Positions 37,689 to 50,172 of a DNA stretch of 64,000 bases are shown here, piece by piece. How positions within the stretch are numbered: the first letter of the stretch is position 1; each line of letters begins with the position of its first letter. Source of the DNA: Azolla caroliniana (lineage: Eukaryota > Plantae > Polypodiophyta); the NCBI GenBank assembly GCA_043228905.1, contig JBHGNT010000015.1, positions 13,516,001 to 13,580,000 of the forward strand, in the 5' to 3' direction. Position numbers and translations under genes: made by a program. A model generated the notes under the pieces. That model was not told the origin of the DNA. It saw only the letters and a list, made by a program, of their open reading frames with translations, and searched no databases.

Positions 37689-40600
37689 TGTCGAATACAT
37701 GTGTATAATGGACGTATTCACACCATCCCGTTTTGGCCATTTATGTAATTAGCATAAAGGGTAGTTGCCCTAAGTCGGTCACTATATATAGTGACCTTGT
37801 AACCTCTTTGTGAGGTTGGTTGTTGTATTGTTGCTTTATGAAATAAAGACTCTTGTGTGCCTCTCTCTCTCTCTCTCTGTGCAACGACATAGAAACTGTC
37901 ATACACAGGGAATAAACAGGAATCGAGTGCTTCTTGATCTTCCGCACAGACGACATTGCTCGCAACATCTGGTATCAGAGCCTGCACAGTAGTCGGTCCT
38001 TCAATCCGCTGTCGGCCGTCGTCTCTGCATTCGGTTTCCTGCGTCATTCGAAGAAAGAGAGAAGAAGAAGAAAAACCAGGTTTGCATCTCATTGCGTTAG
38101 ATCATCTTGCTTGGAGTAAGCCATCAGGTCGTACTCTGTTCGTTGTGATCGTAACCGCTTGAGGTGAAATCCCCTCGTGCATCATTGACACGATCGTGCT
38201 CCATTCGGTTAAACGGCATCCAAAGAGGTAATCAAACGTCGCTCGTTGTAACCACTCGGTGCAGATCGGTCTCAAGACAACAACCCCAATTCGTGCTTCA
38301 TCCGGCTGATCGACATTCGAGAGGATCAGTTGGATCTGTCTCTCTCGTCGCTGCAGCCACCCGAAGCAGAATCGGTCCAGATAATCGGTTTCAATAATCG
38401 GTATTCGGCACATATATCCGAAGCGAACCGGGCTCACTCCGACTCGGCAACATTCGGGAAGACCAGTCGGTTCTGTCCCTCAAGCTACCGGAGTCAATTC
38501 GAGCAAGTTCCGAAGCCGAACTGACTCGGGTTCAAATCCGACTAGAACGATATCGGGTGAGCCAACCGGCTGCACTCCACCAAGGTTCGTAGTCAACTCC
38601 GAACCGAGCTTCGTCAACCGAAACCGAATTTGATGGCATCAACATCCGGCTCGTCAGAAATGAGTCTACGAAAGTTCGATGGATCGAACTTCAACTTCTG
38701 GAAGGAACAAATGCAGGACTATCTCATAGTCAAGGGACAAATCGATCCCATCGAAAATGAAGAACCTCCAGAAGGATACAAACCAATGGAGTGGCAGAAG
38801 CTGGACAGAATCGTCCGCGCCACGATTCGGATGCACCTATCGGAATCGGTATACTTTACGGTGCAATCGTGTACGACAGCATTCGAACTGTGGAAAACAC
38901 TGTCGGACACTTACGAAAAGAAGGTCGCCGCAACGAAGATGTTTCTGATCCGGCGCCTCTACAACTTGCGGATGAAAGAATCCGATTCGGTCCAAGCACA
39001 CCTCAATGAGTACGAAAGCATAAGCTCCCAAATCTCGTCACAGGGGACGGCAATCGAGGATGAACTCAGAGCAATGATACTCATGAGCAACCTTCCCTCA
39101 TCATGGGAAACTTTCGTCACAACCGTGTGCAACGCGTCAACCACGGCTGTTAAATACTCCGAAGTCACGAGCGCAATCCTGACCGAAGCAGCTCGGAGAA
39201 AGTCTTTTGCCAAAGACTCAACAGACGACGCTTACGTAGTACAAGGTTCGACAGACCGATCGAACATACGAGGAAGAGATTCCTCACGACCGCCGAACAA
39301 TCAGCGAAGACGGAGCCAGTCACGGGATAACCGAATCTGCAACTATTGCAAGAAACCCGGACACATCAAAGCCGACTGCCGCGCACTCAAGAACAAGAAC
39401 AACAAGAAGAGTGGCCGGCATGAGGAGATCAATTACGTCAGCTTCTCGGCTGATGTACTACCGGACGACCCGAATATACTGTCAATCGAAAATCCAGTCG
39501 GATCCGAAGTTCTGCTCACGACTGAAGAATCGAGCACATGGCTCTTGGATTCGGGCGCGTCATTTCATGTGACTCCTCATCGGTCCCAATTTCGGCAATA
39601 TACGATCCATCACTCCGACTCAGTTCGGGTCGGCAACTCACAACACTGTGACATCATCGGAATCGGCACAGTAGAGCTCAACCTTGCAGGTGGCTCTACA
39701 CTTGTACTCCACAATGTCCGACATGTACCCGAGCTCTCAAGGCCATTGATCTCAGTCGGACAACTAGATGAAGACGGCATTCGTGCCGGTTTTTCTTCGG
39801 GAGGGTGGACACTCCACAGGGGGAACCTCCTGCTTGCTAGAGGACCTAAGATACACTCCCTGTATCCGTTACATGTTACGCTCAGAGAGGGTAACCTGTT
39901 TTTGGTGGACATTCCTGTGTCATCACTATGGCACCGAAGATTAGGACACCTCAGCAAGGCCGGCATCACGCACCTATCTAGAGCCGGGTACATCCCCAAA
40001 CTCTCCTTCTCCGACCATCAATTTTGCGAGCATTGCCAGTATGGCAAACAAGCAGCCGGATCACACCCGACATCAGCACCAAGAGAAACGAGACCTCTCG
40101 ATTTAGTCCATTCGGACGTCTGTGGCCCAATGCTGCATCAGTCTCTAGGCGGTGCCTCTTACTTCGTCACTTTCATTGACGATTCGACTCGAAAGGTGTG
40201 GGCTTATCCGATTCGCACCAAAGATCGGGTCTTCTCGATCTTCTCAGATTGGCTCGCTATGGTAGAAAATCAAACCGACCGAAAACTGAAATGCTTTCGG
40301 ACCGACAATGGGGGAGAGTTCAAATCCGAAGAATTCGTCAAATTCTGCCGACAACGCGGCATCCGACGTGAATTTACGGCACCACACAGTCCGGAGCAAA
40401 ACGGGATTGCAGAACGAATGAATCGGACAATCCAAGAACGGATAGTTTCCATGCTCCAACACTCCCGACTGTCGGATGGCTTCTGGGCAGAGGCTCTACT
40501 CACGGCAGTACACATAATCAATATGTCGCCAAGTAGACCTCTAGGACTTCAAATTCCTCAAGAACTATGGATCGGCAGCAAGCCGAATTACGACAAGCTG

Positions 40601-43118
40601 AGGATCTTCGGATGCGAGGCGTACGCCCTTATTCCGAAAGATGATCGCCGAAAACTTGCACCTCGGTCCAGGAAATGCATTTTCCTTGGATATGGATCAG
40701 ACGGCGAAATGGGATACCGACTCTGGGACCCCGAACGCAGACAAATCGTTCGAAGTTCGGACGTTGTGTTCAACGAGTCGGCTATGAATCCATCAGTCGA
40801 AAAACCGATCGAAGTCCGAAGGGTAACTTTTTCCGATGTGCCGACCCTTCAAGAAGGCCCCGCTCTCAACACACGGTCAGCTTCACGGGTAGCTGAACCT
40901 TACACTACCGACTCGGACAACTCTGACTCGGCACAGCCGAATGATTCGGTTTCGGACCATCCGACCTCGATACCCGATGCGACCAGTCCAATCATACCTC
41001 GACGATCCGAGAGACTGTCGCAACCTCCGGAGAGGTATTCTCCTGGAATTTTCTTCACCGACGCCGGCGAACCGACGTCTTACGAAGAAGCATCGACATC
41101 TGTCGATTCGGCCACCTGGCATCTGGCGATGGAGTCGGAAATGCACTCCATTCGGGCAAACAAGACTTGGGATCTGGTCGAATTACCTAGGAACCGACGT
41201 GCTCTTCCTTGCAAGTGGGTTTATCGACTAAAAGAGACGTCTGATTCGACCACCCCAAAGTACAAGGCCAGATTAGTTGCGAAGGGCTTCCGACAAGAAT
41301 ATGGCGTCGACTTCGACGAGATTTTTTCACCAGTGGTGAAAATGACAACCCTTCGTTTTCTGCTCGGCGTCGTGGCAGCCGACAACTTGGAGCTGATTCA
41401 GCTAGATGTCAAAACAGCCTTCCTCCATGGTGATCTCGAGGAGGAAATTTATATGGAGCAGCCAAAAGGCTTCGTGGCAACTGGCCAAGAACATCTAGTC
41501 TGCCGACTCAGGAAGAGTCTATACGGCCTCAAGCAGGCACCGCGACAATGGTACAAGAAGTTCGACGACTTCATCCAATCAATCGGCTTCTCCAAAAGCG
41601 ATGAGGACCATTGTCTCTTCACCAACACAGCTCAAGATGGATCACCCATCTTCCTCATCATTTACGTGGACGACATGCTAATTTCTGGACGCCACGCGGG
41701 CGAACTTGCCGATCTCATTCGGCAACTGCGGTTGAAGTTTGCCATGAAGGACCTCGGTCCGGCACGACACATCCTTGGCATGAAGATTAGTCGGCATCGC
41801 GATAAACGACATCTTTTTTTGTCTCAGACCGACTATATCGGACGTGTCTTGGAACGCTTCAACATGCAATCAGCCAAATCTGCTTCAACCCCGCTCCCTA
41901 TGAATCTTCGGCTCTCTCAGCGAGACTGCCCGACATCCGGTTCGGAGGGGGAAGATATGAAGTCGGTACCGTATGCACCGGCAGTCGGCTCCCTTATGTA
42001 CCTGATGGTCGCGACACGGCCTGATATCTCTCATGCCGTAGGAGTCGTTAGCAGATTTATGCACAATCCTGGCCGATCGCATTGGAACGCAGTCAAGCAT
42101 GTGTTCAGATATCTGGCTGGCACAAAAGATCACGGCATTCTTTTCGGTCCGAACCGAACCTCAGGCGTAGTCGGTTACACCGACTCGGACTTCGCCGGCT
42201 GTATAGACAGTCGGAAATCAACAACCGGATACTGCTTCAAATTCGGCAATGGAGCAATCTCGTGGAAGTCGAAACTTCAGGAGTGCACAGCGACCTCAAC
42301 GACCGAAGCAGAATATGTAGCTGCGGCCGACGCAGCAAAAGAAGCTTTGTGGCTCGGTCGGCTGGCGCACACGTTTCGACAAGTCGAACATGACTCGGCT
42401 CCAGTTGTCTACAGCGACAGTCAAGGTGCTGTTGCCTTGTCGAAAAATCCGGTTCACCACAACGCCTCCAAACATATCGACGTTCGATATCACTTCGTTC
42501 GGGACTGCGTCATTTCAGGGAAAATCGGTCTAGAGAAAATATCCACAACCGACAATGTCGCAGATGGAATGACCAAGTGTCTTTCGGCAGACCGTTTTCG
42601 GTCTCTTCGGCATCAGATGGGCGTAACGACAAACCAGTCCGGTTAGAGCCGGACACAGAGCAGGATGGTTCCCGACAACCGACATCAGTTCCTTAATGAT
42701 CGGCTTCAACTGTTCCGACCCGACCAGTTCGGTCTTCTGCCTTCGGACCCTGCCGACTCGAACAAAGCTGATATGTCCGAGAACCTAAGTCTATACCTGT
42801 AATCTTAGATAACCCATGTATACGCCCATTACGGGTTCCTGTCGAATACATGTGTATAATGGACGTATTCACACCATCCCGTTTTGGCCATTTATGTAAT
42901 TAGCATAAAGGGTAGTTGCCCTAAGTCGGTCACTATATATAGTGACCTTGTAACCTCTTTGTGAGGTTGGTTGTTGTATTGTTGCTTTATGAAATAAAGA
43001 CTCTTGTGTGCCTCTCTCTCTCTCTCTCTGTGCAACGACATAGAAACTGTCATACACAGGGAATAAACAGGAATCGAGTGCTTCTTGATCTTCCGCACAG
43101 ACGACATTGCTCGCAACA
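37689..43118 (+). mobile_element. Intact, young Ty1/Copia element; 279-bp LTRs 37689-37967 and 42840-43118; PBS-Met 37970-37981; TSD GTTCC
   Basis: The two LTRs look identical by eye; TGGTATCAGAGC PBS; GTTCC at 37684-37688 and 43119-43123. Confidence 0.97.
38633..42646 (+). CDS. Copia gag-pol polyprotein (gag, CCHC, PR, INT, RT, RNase H), uninterrupted
   Basis: CNYCKKPGHIKADC, WLLDSGAS, HSDVCGP...TDNGGEF...NGIAER, QLDVKTAFLHG, IYVDDMLI and YTDSDFAG. Confidence 0.97.
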   Translation: MASTSGSSEMSLRKFDGSNFNFWKEQMQDYLIVKGQIDPIENEEPPEGYKPMEWQKLDRIVRATIRMHLSESVYFTVQSCTTAFELWKTLSDTYEKKVAATKMFLIRRLYNLRMKESDSVQAHLNEYESISSQISSQGTAIEDELRAMILMSNLPSSWETFVTTVCNASTTAVKYSEVTSAILTEAARRKSFAKDSTDDAYVVQGSTDRSNIRGRDSSRPPNNQRRRSQSRDNRICNYCKKPGHIKADCRALKNKNNKKSGRHEEINYVSFSADVLPDDPNILSIENPVGSEVLLTTEESSTWLLDSGASFHVTPHRSQFRQYTIHHSDSVRVGNSQHCDIIGIGTVELNLAGGSTLVLHNVRHVPELSRPLISVGQLDEDGIRAGFSSGGWTLHRGNLLLARGPKIHSLYPLHVTLREGNLFLVDIPVSSLWHRRLGHLSKAGITHLSRAGYIPKLSFSDHQFCEHCQYGKQAAGSHPTSAPRETRPLDLVHSDVCGPMLHQSLGGASYFVTFIDDSTRKVWAYPIRTKDRVFSIFSDWLAMVENQTDRKLKCFRTDNGGEFKSEEFVKFCRQRGIRREFTAPHSPEQNGIAERMNRTIQERIVSMLQHSRLSDGFWAEALLTAVHIINMSPSRPLGLQIPQELWIGSKPNYDKLRIFGCEAYALIPKDDRRKLAPRSRKCIFLGYGSDGEMGYRLWDPERRQIVRSSDVVFNESAMNPSVEKPIEVRRVTFSDVPTLQEGPALNTRSASRVAEPYTTDSDNSDSAQPNDSVSDHPTSIPDATSPIIPRRSERLSQPPERYSPGIFFTDAGEPTSYEEASTSVDSATWHLAMESEMHSIRANKTWDLVELPRNRRALPCKWVYRLKETSDSTTPKYKARLVAKGFRQEYGVDFDEIFSPVVKMTTLRFLLGVVAADNLELIQLDVKTAFLHGDLEEEIYMEQPKGFVATGQEHLVCRLRKSLYGLKQAPRQWYKKFDDFIQSIGFSKSDEDHCLFTNTAQDGSPIFLIIYVDDMLISGRHAGELADLIRQLRLKFAMKDLGPARHILGMKISRHRDKRHLFLSQTDYIGRVLERFNMQSAKSASTPLPMNLRLSQRDCPTSGSEGEDMKSVPYAPAVGSLMYLMVATRPDISHAVGVVSRFMHNPGRSHWNAVKHVFRYLAGTKDHGILFGPNRTSGVVGYTDSDFAGCIDSRKSTTGYCFKFGNGAISWKSKLQECTATSTTEAEYVAAADAAKEALWLGRLAHTFRQVEHDSAPVVYSDSQGAVALSKNPVHHNASKHIDVRYHFVRDCVISGKIGLEKISTTDNVADGMTKCLSADRFRSLRHQMGVTTNQSG

Positions 43119-43537
43119 GTTCCCTCCTTGTGCGCCGGCGGGGGTCCCTCGAGGTTTCTTGCCGCAACCGTTCCTGCCCCCGACGAGCCCTTGTTGACCC
43201 ACTCACGCCGTTTGTCGAAAAGGCTGCATACCTCTTTTACCACAACTGATCGTTTGTTCGAATAGGAGACCCACTTGCTCTCGATTCCGCACGTCCACAA
43301 CTTTGACGAATAAAAGGACACGACTCGTGTCCTGTATAGTCCTGTCCAGTGCCAAAAGACGTGGGAAGCGTTCGTCGAACTCTCGGAGGAGCGCCGACGC
43401 ATTGCTCCCCTTTCTTAGGGTCTCTACCCAATCCATAAAGTCCCGCTTCGATAACCGAAAGTTTTCCGCCGGAATAGTAACCGACGGACAAGAGCGCAAT
43501 AATATGGAATAGAATAATATTGTAACGCATGTAACGG

Positions 43538-44329
43538 TGTCGAGATATTACGCAAGTGCGTGTGGAAACGAGGCGGGACCGCGGGGGTCTCAAACCAAAG
43601 AGCAAGCGAGGGAGGAGAAAGAGAGAGAACCGGCTACGCAGGACCGGGGATACACAGGGACACGGCCCTTCAGCACGGAGAACGCGAACAGACACCGACA
43701 CAGACAGATGCGAATGACTAAATATGTATATTAACAAAAATGGCTAACACGACTACAACCCTCGATGGGGCACAGGTTGGTTACAATCGAACAGGCCGGC
43801 GAACAGATGCCGATGCTTGTTCACTTCGACGCACAAAGGGGTAGCAGGTCAGAGGTGCTGCCGGAAGCACTCGGGCGTTCCTCGAAACAGCGCGAGCCTC
43901 CTCGGGACCCTGCACAGAAAGCTATGGAGCTCAAGAAGGAAGGAAACAGAGAGAGAAGCGTCCAGAAACGGTCCGACAGCACTTCGTCCTCTCTGCGCGA
44001 GATGCCTGCAACAGCTCTTTCCTGCTCCTTATATAGGCCGACGAGCAGGCCGTCATGTCAGCTTTATTCCCTGTCCCTTTCGAACAGGGATCCGCTCCGT
44101 TCTTCACGCATCCGCGTAGTTACGCCGCCGACTCGTACAGTTCCTTAGCTCGCGCGCGCGACCGAAAAGACTGTTCGCGCGGTCTTTGTCTCCACTTGTG
44201 TTAGGGCCCGTTCCTGCCGATTATCCTCCTAATTCGCTTCTATGTACAACTTGGAGCGTGCGCGCGTGAAGAACCGGTTCCCACGCCTTGGTGCGCCGAT
44301 TCCGCTTATGGACGGTTTTCTTCACGACA
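43538..44329 (-). mobile_element. Solo LTR (792 bp) inserted in the Gypsy 5' LTR, related to the ends of the tandem gag units; 4-bp TSD ACGG
   Basis: TGTCG...CGACA termini; ACGG at 43534-43537 and 44330-44333; the empty site in the 3' LTR reads gtaacggttcacg; shares aggcgggaccgcggggg with the array units. Confidence 0.88.
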
Positions 44330-47300
44330 ACGGTTCACGTGGGAATTGTGAATGGCTAAAAGAACCTGCGTATATAAAAACCTCTGATAGAGGTAGCGTA
44401 TCGTAATAAAGTTCTATCTTCTCTCATATCGGTGCGTATATGTGGTTAATCTATTGTGTGTCTGTAATCCTTAAGAGCATAGGCATGAGTAACGGTATGT
44501 GTGCTAGCCCATTGTCTAAGGAGCTCGGTTGTAGCCGTTTCCCTTATACGCTGCTAGGTTACGGGAAGTATCCCACTAAGTATTAGGCACAAACGCTACC
44601 ATTTGTTGTCACAAAGTCACTTGGAGGTCTAGGTCGAAGGACTGACCATAGACCGTGTTCCTAATCGGTAACAGTTTTGGCACACTTGGTGATCTGTGTC
44701 TTCTCACAGACGAACAATGATGAATGGATGTTTAGCTGCAGACGCCCTAGAGAACCAACACGACAAGACCGGCCAATCACAAGGTCCATCACACGCCAGG
44801 TAGAGGAACGCGCACGGGAAAAGCCTCGCTTCGGTGACCTCAGTACTACCTATTGGGACCAAAAAGACGATTTCTCGCTCCCCAAATAGCTCGGCGATAC
44901 GCGGGAAGCGCGCTCACCACATAAGCATTGTGGTCTTTCTCTGACTGCCGTAGCACCCAACATGGCCTTTGCCTATCCCCACTTCAACGGCAAAACCGAC
45001 GCCGCAACCCACATCCATCTATTCCTCAATGTCTGGAATGCAAACCACATGGCACAGAGCCTTTCCAAGGCCGTAGGCGCACCAGTCCAAAATGACGGAG
45101 TTCGGATTAACCTTAGATGGGAGAGCGGCGTTTTGGCATTCGCAAATGGATCTGTCACGAATCACGACCTTCAACCAGCTGCAGTCAGCCTTTCTGCGGT
45201 TCTTTCATCGGAGGGTGCTGCAACGCGAAATCCTCGGGCAGTTCTACACAATTAAGTAGCTGCCGACTGAGACGATCGTGGATTTCAGCTTACGTTTCCA
45301 AACTCTATGACGGACATTAGAACGGGGTCCGACGGAGGACGAGGCTAGGGAGACATTTCTGGCAGCATTACGCCGACCCATACGGACAATGCTCAACAAC
45401 AATAGCGTGAAAGGGGAAACGACCGATATGGTCATAGAACGAACGCTACAGCTCGAGCTGGACGAATAAGTGGAAAGGTTTTCCATGTCCTCATTACGAC
45501 AAGCGTTACCTCAGGACAAGGAATGACATTTTCGTCAAGCAATCGAGTGCACGATTTGCTTGAATTCAGGGCATTCCGTAGTTGAATGCAACATGCGAAT
45601 CCACTGTCCAATACGTCACTTGAAAGCTCACACAGTTGAGCAGTGCAAGTACAATATGTTGAACAGAGCCACGCCCACAATACGCAGCATGGACACACAA
45701 CGTCCCCCATGCCGTAATGAACAAAGGCGGCAGGTAGACCGACCACGGTATATGGATCACAATCCACGCGATGACCGGCACTATCAGAATCTCCGGAATT
45801 ACAACGATTCTGAGGAAGACGAGCCGGAGTACGAAGAATACCGGGGCCACCCGAGAAATACTAAAGGGGGCCGACGCTATGAGAATTACCCTCCGACAAA
45901 CAAACGTAGCGGCTTCAATGCACCTCGCGGAAAGCATCGGCAATATCGAGACCAACGGCGGTATGACGAATGTTTGGAGGATGACCGGCACCAAGAACCC
46001 CACCGGGACCAACACCAACTACCGTGTACGCTCCGACGAATGAATTAGGACCAAGAGGAGCAAGTCACATCTGGGGATCGGCACAAGCCACCAGGGGCCG
46101 AGAAGGGCGAATCTAGCATCCATTGTTTTGTTTGTCAACAACCTGGACATTATGCCACACAATGCCCAGTACGCAAGGGCAAGGGGCCCGCTGTCAATAC
46201 GATTACGGAGGAAGTACAACAAGTCATGACATGTCAGCAAACAAAAACTGTTGATTGGCCGCGCAAGATGAAAAACGGCGAACAACCCAGGCATGGGTTG
46301 AAAAAGCAAATGCGACAAATACAGAGCGCATGCAGAAGGAATCCGCAAACACGGTGGAGCTATTGGAGGACGAGGGACCATCCCCGGACCCCATATGGCA
46401 AGCACTGACAGGCTGCGAGATAACGTTAACCATGGAGAAGCTGCTGCAACTAGTCCCATGATTCCGCCAGGCCGTGGAAGAGCGGGTGACGAGCAGACCT
46501 GGGGTAAACGTCGCCACGAATTTTATGGACATTAGCGACGGACCGACAGTAGTGGATCACCACAACCCGGCTATTAAGTTGATATTACACGTTCAAGAAA
46601 TCCTAGGATGCGTAATCGATGGCGGCTCGGGTGTTAATGTAATTAGCGCGAAGACATGCGAACAATTGGGAATTTCAGAATGGGAAGCTTGCCCGTTCTG
46701 GCTCCGCATGGCAGATACCCGCTCAGTACGACCATTGGGGTTGATACGCAAGGTAGGAATTATCGTGGGAGGACATCGCTTCGACATCTCGGCGGTAGTC
46801 CTTGCCCTTGACGCCCCAGGGGCATACCCTATGCTGCTGGGCAGACCGTGGCTTCATTCAACGAATATCAAGTAGAGCTGGCAACACAAGTGTATCAGCT
46901 TTCAACGTGGACGCACCAAAGTCCGCGTACCAACAAAGGAAATGAAGACACAACCCAAGGACATAACACCATTGTACGCGGAGGATATAAATATGCTGGC
47001 TAGAGTGGATGATACAGAATTAGAGGCATACCTAGACGAGCACCCTCAGATTATTCCGTTGTTCGAAATCAATGTCATCGAAACCGCGACGGAATATGCC
47101 ACGGCCACTACACTCCACGACGAGGCTTACAAACCAAACCTGGAGTCAAGATTAGAACTAAGCATAGCATGGCCAACATTTGAGAGGGAAATGGAAATTT
47201 CACGATGAGTCACTGCCTCAGCTGTGGAAGAAGTAAATGTGGGTATGACGTCAGAACCCCGTTTCCTCTCCATCGCAAAAGAATTAAGGCCAGACCAGAG

Positions 47301-50134
47301 AGACGCGATGATAGTACTACTCAAGAAGTACAAAGATGTGTTCGCCTAGACCCGAAGTTCTATCAACGTAAGATTAATTTAGCAACTGACGCGCAACCGG
47401 TTCAACAACATCGATACCGCATGAACCCAAACTACACGACCCACGTAAAAGAAGAAATTGACAAACTCCTGAAGGTGGGATTCATACGGCTAGTTAAACA
47501 AGCTACATGGTTAAGCCTGATTGTAGTCGTACCAAAGAAAAACGGCAAAATACGGGTATGCGTGGACTACCGAAAATTAAATGCCGTAACCATTACAGAC
47601 GCATTCCCTTTACCATTCACCGATAGCGTACTGGACGCCATCGCGGGGCATGAGATGTACAGTTTTTTAGATGGCTTTAGTGGATACAACCAATTACGCA
47701 TGCAACCCGATGACCAAGAGAAGACGACATTTATCACGAATTGGGGAGTCTATGTGGCAGTCGTCATGATGTTCGGGCTAAAGAAGGCACCTACGACATT
47801 TCAACGGACAATCACGGAGATTTTTGGGGAATATAGTCCGACATTCATGCAAGTTTTTTTGTATGATTTCGCAGTATATGGGAGAACAACCGACCATTTT
47901 ACGCATCTGCAACTGTGCCTAGAACGCTGCCGCACCGCACGCTTAAGCCTGAATCCCGCCAAATGTGCCTTCGGCATTACCAGCGGGGCTCTCCTAGGCC
48001 ATATAATCAGCAAGGAAGGGATAACAGTCGATCCGAATAAAATCTCCGCGATAACTCAAGCCAAAACGCCGACAAACGCGAAATCACTCAGCCGTTTTTT
48101 AGGACAAATACGATGGCACAGTCGGATGATATGCTATTTGGCGGAATTCGCCACGCCGTTACATGCCGCCGTGCATCGGACTCCCTTCCAATGGACAGGG
48201 ATAGAAGAAAAGGCATATGATGCACTAAAGGTAATGCTAACGCAGGCACCCGTCGTACAACCACCGGTTTGGGCGAAACCTTTCCACGTGTTCGTAGATA
48301 CCTCGGCCTCGGACATAGCAATAGGAAGTGCCCTAATGCATCTTACGGAGCCGAATTGCTACCGACTGGTGTACTACGCTAGTCGGAAATTATCAACGAC
48401 GCAGCGTAACTATTCCACAACGGAACGTGAGGCGTTGGGGATGATCTACAGTATCAGTAAGTTCCAGCATTATCTGCTAGGGCGGAAATTCACGTTTCAT
48501 GTGGATCATTCGGCACTGCTGTATCTGGTGGAGAAACAAGCGCTGACGGGGAAATTGGCGAGATGGATGCTGCTGCTTCAAGAATTTGACTTTGTAATTC
48601 AGCACCGCTTGGGTACGCAACACGTAGTGGCAGATTTTTTGAGCAGAATCGATAATGGAGAAATGGCGTAGAAGGATGACAATGACTTTCCAGATGCAGA
48701 CATTTTGTAGATAGTAGCACTAGCAGAACGAACGGAAAAGACCTTCTCGGACCGGTGGCTCATGGAAATGACCTACTTCCTGACCACGGGGTTACCGCCA
48801 CCCTAATTACAGACGGATGAGAAAAAACGGCCGGCCGTCCGCAGTCGGAATTTCTGTTTAATGGAAAATATACTATACCAGAAGGGCAGTGACGACATCT
48901 GGAGGCGTGGAATACGACAGGATGAGAAGGCCGCGATTCTATGCGAAGCCCATTGTGGTACGGTGGGAGGACATTATGCGGGCGATGTTATGGCTCGGAA
49001 AATTTGGCAAGCAAGATTGTGGTGGCCGACGACGCAAAAGGACGCGTATGAATATTGCAGGCAGTGCGATTTATGCCAACGACTGGGCCAACCCACAGAA
49101 GTCGCAAGAATGCCACATCAACCAGTGTTGCCATTGGATCCTTTCCAAAAGTGGGGGTTAGATTTCGTGGGACCTTTTACCCCGACGGCCGCTTGAATAG
49201 GCAATAAGTACATCATGGTGGCTACGGATTACTGCACGAAGTGGGTAGAAGCGAAACCACTACACGAGAATACTGTGGCAGTCACGACAAAATTCCTGTA
49301 CGAACACATCTGGTGTCGTTTCGGCTGCCCCATCGAGCTCGTTAGTGACCAAGGGAGTCACTTTCTGAATACGGTCATCAGCGAACTGACCCAACATTAC
49401 GCGGTGGTGCACAAGAAAAGTACGTCGTATTACCCGCAGGCAAATGGCTTGGCGGAATCCACAAACAAAACCCTCCAGACTATCCTCAAAATGATAGTCA
49501 ATGAGAACAAGACGGATTGGGTCAGCAAGTTGCATAGCGCGTTATGGGCATATCGTACCAGCTATAAGAGCAGCATACAATCAACACCATTCAGGCTGGC
49601 ATTTGGTCTGGAGGCCATGATGCCATATGAATTCTAGGTACCCAGTCTACGGATCCATATACGAGCCCGGCTACCAGAGGGCAAATCCGCACAAATACGG
49701 CTACAGACACTACTAGAGCTAGGAGAAACAAGGGTACGTAGTATGACCATTTTAGAGTAGGAACAACGATGGCGCAAAGCATTTGTTGACCGACATCGGC
49801 ATGCGAGTGAAAAAGATTTTACGGTTGGAAGAGCGGTATTAGTTTTCAAAACCCGCAAGGGGCAGATGCCAGGAAAATTACGATTCCACTGGACAGGCCC
49901 GTACTGGATAGTAGGAGCAGAACAAGGCACGTTTCAATTAGGCACGCTGGCCGAGGAAGTGTTACGACAGAAAGTGAATGGGTTTCGCCTTAAACCTTAT
50001 CTGGGACCTACGCCACCTAACCCGTTCCTCGCCGGATAGGACAAAGCCAGAGAATCCGTGGAATAAGTAGACGGCCCGGCCCCACTTGTATTATAGTGTA
50101 AAAATAGTATTGTATGTAACTGTTATGAAAAAAG

Positions 50135-50172
50135 AAGAAGAAGAAGAAGAAGAAGAAGAAGAAGAAGAGAAG
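50135..50172 (+). repeat. (GAA)n microsatellite
   Basis: Seen directly downstream of the Gypsy integrase. Confidence 0.9.

Noticed and set aside
33665-37752. Plus-strand ORFs over the gag array, and antisense ORFs over Copia/Gypsy/AAA coding regions elsewhere
   Set aside because: Shadow ORFs of GC-rich coding sequence on the opposite strand or another frame; no independent motifs.
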